Translations under genes and position numbers: made by a program
Shown: one piece after another, positions 56,848-64,000 of the stretch
How positions within the stretch are numbered: position 1 is the stretch's first letter
Layout of the letters: each line of letters opens with the position of its first letter
IMG/VR virus record: IMGVR_UViG_3300032046_001865
Span: 1-64,000 of that record
Reading direction: 5' to 3' (one strand)
Length of the DNA stretch: 64,000 nucleotides
From: an uncultured virus (IMG/VR IMGVR_UViG_3300032046_001865)
Lineage: Duplodnaviria; Heunggongvirae; Uroviricota; Caudoviricetes
Notes under the pieces: generated by a model
Database searches by the model: none
What the model was told of the DNA's origin: nothing
The model's input: the letters and a program-made list of their open reading frames with translations, nothing else

Positions 56848-59390
56848 AGAAGTTGATCCCTTGGATCGGATATGCGGGCAGCACTCTTCAGAACACGTAC
56901 GCGGAAGATCTGGAACACGGTTATCTGCTTTGGGACGTCGACCTCGCCAAACGCAAGCACACCGTCGATTTCGTTGGCCTTCCTAACCCGCGTCCGTTCG
57001 TCACGGTGGATTGGGCAGGTGACGTTGTCTCAACTTTCGAATCTGCGTCCACCTGGCCTCAACAGAGCCGCTTCAGAATACGTTCGGCGTACGCGCTTCC
57101 GTCATCCGACGCAGCGTCTCTCAGCGCGAAGCTTCGCAAAGATAAGCAAGCTACCGAGATCGTCTTCAAGTCAAATGACGAGGAGTCGGCAAAGAAGTTC
57201 GCCTCAGCCAGCCTTGGCGTTGACGTGCGATCCCTTGACGCAGTCGAGGGTTTGCTGCGTGAATACTACTCCAGTGAGGAGTTAGACGACACGACATGGG
57301 ATGGAATGCATGACGCGCTCGTGGCTGTCCACCCACAAGCCATAACTGAGGATGACATCGCTCGTGGGACCGTTTGGACTCTCAAAAGTTTGGAGTTCGA
57401 CAACCTGTTTGGCTACGGAAGTTCTAGCAAGATCAACTTCGAGGACAAAGCAGGCATCGTTGGCATCTTTGGTCCAAACCAGATAGGAAAGTCTGGCATC
57501 GTTGGCGCCATCATGTACACGTTGTTCAACACGTCGGATCGTGGCGCTGGCAAGAACGCGCACATCGTCAACAAGAGGAAGAAGCTTGGATCGGCGCGCG
57601 CCGTCGTGAACGTTGTAGGCTCAGACTACGAGATCAAGCGACAGTCTGAGAAGGTCATCTCGCGTGGACTCCTCACAGCCAACACGTCTCTCACGTTGAA
57701 GCAGATGGACGGCGACGGGCTTGATCTCACCGGAGAGCAGAGGCCGGACACTGAGAAGAATCTTCGCAAGCTGATCGGCAACTACGAGGATTTCGTCGTG
57801 ACGTGTGGATCAATGCAGGACGACGTGTCACGTTTCCTTCGCGAAGGTGCCACGCAGCGTAAGGCGATCCTGTCGCGTTTCCTAGGCATAGACATCTTTG
57901 AAAAGATCTACGCACTGCTTAACAGCGAGCTCAGCGAGGCGAAGAGCAAACTCAAGAACGTTCCGTCGCGTGACGCGTTGCTGGATGAGATGAAGCAGCT
58001 CAACGAGCTGCAGACCACGTCTCACATTTCACTCTCTGCCAACGAAGTCGAGAAAGGGTTGTTGGATTCCCAACGCTCAGAAGCTTACGTTGAGATGCAG
58101 AACCTTGCAGCGGCTGTCGCCGTCAGAAAGGCTGTCGTCGAGAAGAACGACATAGTCAAACACGCGCTTTCTAAGATACAAGAATGCGCGAGCGCGATGC
58201 GTTCTGTGCAGACAGAGATAGACTCAAAGAAGACAAGCGTCGTTGTCGCCGAAGCACTCCTGAACGACTGTCTCACGTGGGACGAGATGGACGCTCGCCG
58301 CACGCAGATCGGCAACGCACGACTAGCCCTTCAGACGCTGAAGTCTGAAGCTGACAAGCAAGGGTTGGAACTGGAGCGCTCGAAGAAGATCGCGTTGAAG
58401 CTCGTGGATGTTCCTTGCGGGGATGAGTACGCGGATTGCGTCTACATCAAGGATGCTCACAAAGAGAAGAAGCGGATCGCGACGCTAGAGGAGCAATTTC
58501 GTGTGGCGCTGGATGAGCATGCGACTGCTGCGAACTTGATCGCTGACCTCGGTGAGAGTGACCTTGATCTCGCTCGAAAGACGCGAAAAGGACATGAGGA
58601 GAGCATTGTTTCTCTCAACTTCCACATCAACGCTCACGAGTCAAAACTGAAACAACTCGGTGAGGAACACGACAAAGCGAAGGCAAGCGCTGCGAAGTAC
58701 GCGACCATCTCGTTGGACGACAGCGACATCGAAGAACGACACGCAGCAGCCATCGCGCTGCATAAGCGATTGACCCTTGATCTAACGAGCGTGGATGGAC
58801 ACATGAAGACCACCTCGCATTTGCTAGGCATTTACGAGGCAAACCTGAAGAAGGCGCAGTCAGATCTCGACATGCGAGTCACGCTCGAGCGTCAAGCCCG
58901 TGTTCGTGAACTGCTTGTGAACGCGTTCTCACGTCGTGGCATCCCCAACGTCATGTTAGGCAGGATGTTGCCGGTCGTGAACAGTGAGATGAGCAAGATC
59001 CTTAGCGGCGTGACCAACTTCAACGTCACGCTCGTGGCGGAGGATGCGACCAACGCACTTGAGATCTACATCGACGATGGAGACACAAGCAAGGAGAGCC
59101 TTCGTCCGCTCGAACTCGGTTCTGGCATGGAGAAGACGATGGCGTCTCTAGCGCTCAGAGTCGCGCTGAGCAACCTCACGACTCTCCCCAAGACTGACTT
59201 CATGATCATCGACGAGGGTTTCGGCTCGCTTGACGACGAGAACGCTGTGGCATGCGTGTCGTTGATCCGTTCACTCAAGCAATGGTTCCGTTTCGTGCTT
59301 ATCATCAGTCACGTGGACATCATCAAAGACGCTGTAGATTGTCACATAAATGTTGTGACAACACCCGACGGAGCGCAGGTGGTAGCGTGA
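56844..59390 (+). CDS. SbcD C-terminal part fused to SbcC/Rad50 (gp46-like) ATPase
   Basis: WIGYAGSTLQ..GYLLW, GPNQIGKS, coiled coil with CGDEYADC, GSGME, IIDEGFG, ISH. Confidence 0.9.
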   Translation: MKKLIPWIGYAGSTLQNTYAEDLEHGYLLWDVDLAKRKHTVDFVGLPNPRPFVTVDWAGDVVSTFESASTWPQQSRFRIRSAYALPSSDAASLSAKLRKDKQATEIVFKSNDEESAKKFASASLGVDVRSLDAVEGLLREYYSSEELDDTTWDGMHDALVAVHPQAITEDDIARGTVWTLKSLEFDNLFGYGSSSKINFEDKAGIVGIFGPNQIGKSGIVGAIMYTLFNTSDRGAGKNAHIVNKRKKLGSARAVVNVVGSDYEIKRQSEKVISRGLLTANTSLTLKQMDGDGLDLTGEQRPDTEKNLRKLIGNYEDFVVTCGSMQDDVSRFLREGATQRKAILSRFLGIDIFEKIYALLNSELSEAKSKLKNVPSRDALLDEMKQLNELQTTSHISLSANEVEKGLLDSQRSEAYVEMQNLAAAVAVRKAVVEKNDIVKHALSKIQECASAMRSVQTEIDSKKTSVVVAEALLNDCLTWDEMDARRTQIGNARLALQTLKSEADKQGLELERSKKIALKLVDVPCGDEYADCVYIKDAHKEKKRIATLEEQFRVALDEHATAANLIADLGESDLDLARKTRKGHEESIVSLNFHINAHESKLKQLGEEHDKAKASAAKYATISLDDSDIEERHAAAIALHKRLTLDLTSVDGHMKTTSHLLGIYEANLKKAQSDLDMRVTLERQARVRELLVNAFSRRGIPNVMLGRMLPVVNSEMSKILSGVTNFNVTLVAEDATNALEIYIDDGDTSKESLRPLELGSGMEKTMASLALRVALSNLTTLPKTDFMIIDEGFGSLDDENAVACVSLIRSLKQWFRFVLIISHVDIIKDAVDCHINVVTTPDGAQVVA

Positions 59391-59587
59391 TTCGTCAGTG
59401 GAAACGAAAGGGATCGCCTGTCAACAGGCCAAACCTCTTCTGTCCCAAGTGTGATCGGTGCATGTACACAAAAGAAGATGTGCGCTCTCGTGAAGAACGC
59501 GGATTTTGTGCGAAGTGCTCAGAAACATCTGTCACATCCGAGTATCAGACGGATGTCGTCACCATCGTTATCCGTGAAGGTGCCTAA
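59387..59587 (+). CDS. Small Zn-finger protein
   Basis: CPKC..CAKC; GTGA overlap. Confidence 0.6.
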   Translation: MIRQWKRKGSPVNRPNLFCPKCDRCMYTKEDVRSREERGFCAKCSETSVTSEYQTDVVTIVIREGA

Positions 59588-59601
59588 CTATCGTTAATAA
59601 C

Positions 59602-60054
59602 ATGGCTGACAAGAACATCGATCTGAACGCGCTTGGGCAGGCAATCGACACGTCGTTCACACGTTCGAGCGCTTCGTACGGTCCGGCTTTTGAGACACAC
59701 TCCATCAAGGTGGGGTTCGCTCACGGTGACAAACTGAAGATCAAGGTTGTCTACTCCTGTGTGGTGAACATGGTTCGTGATCGTGACATCCAGGAATCGA
59801 AGACGACGTACGAAAAAGAAGGCGACGCTTACATCGACGCCGCCTCGAAACAGATCGTCAAGGATTACCGTGAGATCGTCGCAGGCGAGGATGATCACAA
59901 CGACGTTGCCGATATCGCAGGCAACGAAGTGAAGTCAAGCATCAAGCTCACGCGCGCTGACGTTGGCACCTCCATCGAGATCATCGATCTCAACATTCAC
60001 AACAACAAGAGGTCTGCGCTCTTCCGACGTATTGCCTTCTTCGAAGTGACTTGA
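59602..60054 (+). CDS. Hypothetical protein upstream of terminase
   Basis: 150-aa ORF; TAACTA upstream. Confidence 0.6.
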   Translation: MADKNIDLNALGQAIDTSFTRSSASYGPAFETHSIKVGFAHGDKLKIKVVYSCVVNMVRDRDIQESKTTYEKEGDAYIDAASKQIVKDYREIVAGEDDHNDVADIAGNEVKSSIKLTRADVGTSIEIIDLNIHNNKRSALFRRIAFFEVT

Positions 60055-60062
60055 GGTGATCC

Positions 60063-61754
60063 TTGGGAGTTCCAAGCTCAGGACGTCGTCAGATAGTCGA
60101 TCGCGCATCACCTAAAGGGCCCGAGATACAAGAGTTGATCCGCGTGGCTAGGGATCCATCTTACTTCGCGAACAATTACTGCAAGATCCAGCACCCAAAA
60201 CGTGGAACGATCCCGTTCAAGACGTTTCCGTTTCAGGATGATTGTTTACGTGCGTTCAAGAAGCACACGTTCAACATCATTCTCAAATCAAGGCAGCTCG
60301 GATTGTCAACTGTCGCAGCAGCGTACGCTGCTCACATGGCGCTCTTCGCGCGCGACAAGAACATCTTGGTCATCGCGACAAAGCTGTCCACCGCGAAGAA
60401 CTTCATCAAGAAGGTTGTGAAGATCCTTGACAACCTCCCACCGTGGATGCGCATGTGCAACTACGACAAGAATCAGCAAGAAGTCAGGTTCGACAACGGA
60501 TCGCAGATCAAAGCCGTTCCGACCACTGACGACGCGGGTCGCTCAGAAGCGCTCTCGTTGCTCATCATCGACGAGGCCGCGATCATCCGCAACTTTGAGG
60601 AGATCTGGTCAGCGCTCTTCCCTACGCTGTCTGAAGGTGGTGGAGCCATCGTCCTCTCAACACCCAATGGTGTTGGTGGGCAGTACCACGATCTGTGGCT
60701 TGGAGCTGAGACAAACGGGTTAGGCCCTGATGCTGTTGGTGAGAACGGCTTTCACCCGATGTGTCTGCCGTGGCAGGTTCACCCTGAACACGGTGAAGAG
60801 TATTTCGAGAAGATGTCGAGGAAGCTCGGCCCTCGCAAGACAGCGCAAGAGCTGCTCTGCGACTTCCTGTCTTCTGGCGAGACGTTTCTCAAGGCAGTTA
60901 CGACTAGTTGGATCAACCAGGAGCAACGAAGCCCAATATCAAGAGAAGGTCCTGAGGGGGCTGTTTGGGTGTGGAGTCTGCCGCAGCAAAATCACAAGTA
61001 CTTGATCGCTGCTGACGTTGCGCGGGGAGACGCTCGCGACAACACGTCGTTCGTTGGGATTGACATGACGACGGGAGAGATGGCCTTCGAGTATGTTGGA
61101 AAGATCTACCCCGATGGGTTGGCCGAGGTGTTGGATTCGTACGGACGCAAGTACAACACGGCTTTAGTTGTGGTTGAAGCGAACACGTTCGGCAACCACA
61201 CGCTCATCGATCTTCGAAAGCTACGTTACCCGAACATCTTCTACCGCACCGCCCCAAAACACGCTGTGGAGAACCATTACCCAAGCGACAAAGACAAACA
61301 CGGGTTCGACACCCAAACGGCAACACGACACGACGCGCTCATTCGCTTCGAAGACAGCATGCGTTGTCACGTTGTCACCCCTCGCTCAAGTCGCTTCTAC
61401 GACGAGGTCCAGTCTTTCGTCTGGATCGATGAGAAACCACAAGCGAAGAAGGGTAAACACGACGACCTCGTCATGGCGATGGCGATCGCGTGCTGGGTGT
61501 ACCGCACCTACTTCGAGGTGTATCGTCTCAGTTGCTGTGGACCCGACGGTCAGTTACGTGCCTCTGGTGTGAAACCGCTTTTCATGTACATGTCAAAGAC
61601 GACAAAGACTTACAACCCAATCAAGCCAAACATTCTGCTCAGTCGTGACATCGATAAACAGCGTGACTCAAAGCTGCTTCTTGAAGAAAGACGTAAAAAA
61701 TTGCCGTCTGGCGTCGAGCAGGAATTCGAAGAGTTCAAGTGGTTACGCAACTGA
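60063..61754 (+). CDS. terL: Terminase large subunit (T4 gp17-like)
   Basis: FPFQ, KSRQLGLS, IIDEAA, LSTPNG, ADVARG, VEAN, HDDLVMA. Confidence 0.95.
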   Translation: MGVPSSGRRQIVDRASPKGPEIQELIRVARDPSYFANNYCKIQHPKRGTIPFKTFPFQDDCLRAFKKHTFNIILKSRQLGLSTVAAAYAAHMALFARDKNILVIATKLSTAKNFIKKVVKILDNLPPWMRMCNYDKNQQEVRFDNGSQIKAVPTTDDAGRSEALSLLIIDEAAIIRNFEEIWSALFPTLSEGGGAIVLSTPNGVGGQYHDLWLGAETNGLGPDAVGENGFHPMCLPWQVHPEHGEEYFEKMSRKLGPRKTAQELLCDFLSSGETFLKAVTTSWINQEQRSPISREGPEGAVWVWSLPQQNHKYLIAADVARGDARDNTSFVGIDMTTGEMAFEYVGKIYPDGLAEVLDSYGRKYNTALVVVEANTFGNHTLIDLRKLRYPNIFYRTAPKHAVENHYPSDKDKHGFDTQTATRHDALIRFEDSMRCHVVTPRSSRFYDEVQSFVWIDEKPQAKKGKHDDLVMAMAIACWVYRTYFEVYRLSCCGPDGQLRASGVKPLFMYMSKTTKTYNPIKPNILLSRDIDKQRDSKLLLEERRKKLPSGVEQEFEEFKWLRN

Positions 61755-61787
61755 GGTCTGTCACTCAATAGTTACCACGAGATCCAC

Positions 61788-62225
61788 ATGGCAAACACCA
61801 CTGAACAGAACGAGATGATCGAGCTTCGCCGCAGGGTTCGTGCCTGCATCAAAGAGACGGTTGGCACGCCCGGCGGCGCTGGGGTCGCTGGCGAGGTGAT
61901 CTCCAACGAAACCGAGAAGCCGAAATCGTTGAACGTGTCGGTCAAACCCGATGCGACCATCCAATCCACGGTTGTCGACATCACGAAGTCGGCCGCGTAC
62001 GGTCTTGAACGTTTGGAGCTGCTCAAGAAACGTGATTTCCCGACACATAGGTCGGCGAATGCAGTGAGCACAGCGCTTGACGCTCTCGAGATGATCTTCC
62101 AGGACATGCTCAAGAATCCGATGGGTTACCTTGACGAGGATCCGACCGAGAAGGTTGCAGAGTACGAGAAGTCGCTTGACTCTGAAGAGGCAATGCTCTC
62201 AAAGGGATCGCCGGCGGCCTTCTGA
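61788..62225 (+). CDS. Hypothetical protein between terminase and portal
   Basis: ELRRRVRACIKE motif; TAGTTA upstream. Confidence 0.6.
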   Translation: MANTTEQNEMIELRRRVRACIKETVGTPGGAGVAGEVISNETEKPKSLNVSVKPDATIQSTVVDITKSAAYGLERLELLKKRDFPTHRSANAVSTALDALEMIFQDMLKNPMGYLDEDPTEKVAEYEKSLDSEEAMLSKGSPAAF

Positions 62226-62248
62226 GTCGGCGTATCTTCTAGGTCAAC

Positions 62249-64000
62249 ATGGCTGATCGCAGAGGCAACCTTTTTGCACAGTTAACCCGACTCTTCAAAT
62301 CTGGACCTATCGTCAAGAGGAAGGTCAAGTCGGCAAACACACGCATCGCACGCGCTGATCCCACTGGGATGAGCAGCGTCCTCCTTTTGTCGAAGACACA
62401 GGGAGTTGGGTTCAACGCGTCTCTCAACGGTCAATACGGCGTTCAAGAACGCCAGTCACGCTTGCAAGACTACAACGAGATGGACGCGTACGCGCTAGTC
62501 AACGCTGCACTTGACATCTACGCAGATGAGTCTGTGGCACAGGATGCTAACGGAAAGACGCTCCACATCCACTCTGACAACCCGGCCATCAAGGAGAACC
62601 TTGAAGAGTTGTTCTACAACACGCTCAACGCCGAGTTCAACCTACGGCCGTGGACACGCAATCTGTGTAAGTACGGTGACTTCTACCTGTACGTGGACGT
62701 TTCGCCTGAGTACGGAGTCATCAACGTCATCCCGATACCAGTGAACGATCTCAACCGTGAGGAAGGTTACGACACCGCCGATCCGTTGGCTGTTCGCTTC
62801 CGTTGGACGAGCCTTGGAAACAAAGTTCTTGAGAATTGGGAGGTCGCGCACTTCCGATTGCTTGGCAACGACATGTACCTTCCGTACGGATCCTCCATGG
62901 TTGACGGTGGTCGTAGGTCGTGGCGACAGCTCGTCATGATCGAGGATGCGATGCTGGTCTACCGTGTGACGCGCGCCGTCGACAGACGTGTCTTCTACGT
63001 TGACGTTGGTGGTGTTGCTCCTGATGAGATCGGCGCTTACATGGAAGCTGCCAAGATGAACATCAAAAGTCAGGCCATCGTCGATCAGGCGACTGGAAGA
63101 GTTGATCATCGATACGCTCCGCTCTCCATCGAAGAGGATTACTGGGTCGCGACACGTGGCGGAGAAACTGGCACAAAGATCGACACGCTTCCCGCGGGTA
63201 CAAACGTCGCTCACGTTGAAGACGTCGAGTACATCAAGAAGCAGCTCATCGCAGCGCTTAAAGTGCCAGCTGCTTACCTTGGGTACAACGATGCTATCCC
63301 AGGCTCGTCTGGGCTCGCGCAGGTTGACATCCGTTTCTCACGCACGGTCAATATGATCCAGCGAACGATCGTCAGTGAACTCAACAAGATCGCGATGATC
63401 CACCTTTACGCAGCGGGTTTCCGTGGCGAGGATCTAACCGACTTCGAGCTTAGCCTGAGCAACCCATCGACCATCGCACAGCAACAGAAACTTGAACTAC
63501 TTCGTTCACGTTTCGAGATCGCCGGCACAATGCCTATGAACGGTGAGACCCCGCTTATGAGCGAACGTTGGCTGTTCCGAAACGTCATTGGGTTGAATGA
63601 TCAGGAGATCTTGCAGGTTCGACGTGAACGTCTAGATGACGTTCGTGCGTCTGGTGCGCTTGAAGCAGCTGGAGCTCTTTCAGGTGGTGCTGGTGGTGAG
63701 GCAGGCGGCGAAGCTGAAGTTGGTGCAGAGGCTTCGGCTGGTGGTGAAGAAGCTGGCGGAGCCGAGGCAGGCGCGGCAGCACCCGGGCTTGAGACCGCCG
63801 CGGATGACAACCGCGGGCAAGGAGACATTCTCACGGCGGTTGGATCACGTTTGAGAGAACAAGACGGCCCTGTCAAGATCTCGCCACACCTGAAGAACGC
63901 GATGTACAACCGTCGTCGCAACCTGAGACGGCGAGGGGATGGCTTCCCCAAGATCAACGACCGTGCGCTCAACGGTGACACAGCTGTGCCGTCTAACCCT
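62249..64000 (+). CDS. Portal protein (T4 gp20-like), 3' end outside window
   Basis: Manual translation: ALDIYADE, CKYGDFY, LPYGSSM, EDAMLVYRV..RRVFYVDVG, EDYW..RGG, IDTLP, ALKVP, DIRFSR; no stop before 64000. Confidence 0.95.
   Translation, partial: MADRRGNLFAQLTRLFKSGPIVKRKVKSANTRIARADPTGMSSVLLLSKTQGVGFNASLNGQYGVQERQSRLQDYNEMDAYALVNAALDIYADESVAQDANGKTLHIHSDNPAIKENLEELFYNTLNAEFNLRPWTRNLCKYGDFYLYVDVSPEYGVINVIPIPVNDLNREEGYDTADPLAVRFRWTSLGNKVLENWEVAHFRLLGNDMYLPYGSSMVDGGRRSWRQLVMIEDAMLVYRVTRAVDRRVFYVDVGGVAPDEIGAYMEAAKMNIKSQAIVDQATGRVDHRYAPLSIEEDYWVATRGGETGTKIDTLPAGTNVAHVEDVEYIKKQLIAALKVPAAYLGYNDAIPGSSGLAQVDIRFSRTVNMIQRTIVSELNKIAMIHLYAAGFRGEDLTDFELSLSNPSTIAQQQKLELLRSRFEIAGTMPMNGETPLMSERWLFRNVIGLNDQEILQVRRERLDDVRASGALEAAGALSGGAGGEAGGEAEVGAEASAGGEEAGGAEAGAAAPGLETAADDNRGQGDILTAVGSRLREQDGPVKISPHLKNAMYNRRRNLRRRGDGFPKINDRALNGDTAVPSNP

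Noticed and set aside
63650..63800. Gly/Ala/Glu-rich repetitive DNA
   Set aside because: It is a low-complexity tail within the portal reading frame, not a repeat array
1..64000. tRNA, rRNA, CRISPR array, alternative genetic code
   Set aside because: None recognised by eye; genes are dense and intact under code 11 with all three stops in use. tRNAscan-SE was not run

Overview
This window is a segment of a large tailed-phage genome with a T4-like head module; the host cannot be identified from the sequence. The left half (1 to ~31 kb) is a dense, translationally coupled glycan cluster. It holds about 11 glycosyltransferase genes, 6 SAM methyltransferases plus a DNA adenine methylase, RmlA/RmlB/RmlD-like enzymes, two NDP-sugar dehydrogenases, two epimerases, a cupin and two 2OG-Fe(II) oxygenases. 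The right half encodes a degenerate GroEL-like protein, ClpP, an Hc1-like protein, PIN-PhoH, large putative virion proteins, a gp4/TnsA-like nuclease, RuvC, primase, an SbcD-SbcC fusion split in two by an endonuclease gene, the terminase large subunit and the portal (which runs off the end). The most striking observation is three small stand-alone genes carrying trimmed pieces of head proteins. One has a portal segment that is 15/24 identical to the portal in this window. The other two carry an apparent major-capsid A-domain and a capsid DPEDFTPRK hairpin in a paralogous scaffold. Two of the three share an identical 16-bp leader, so they are a candidate structural-mimic (decoy) system. All protein calls come from motif recognition by eye; no database searches were run.
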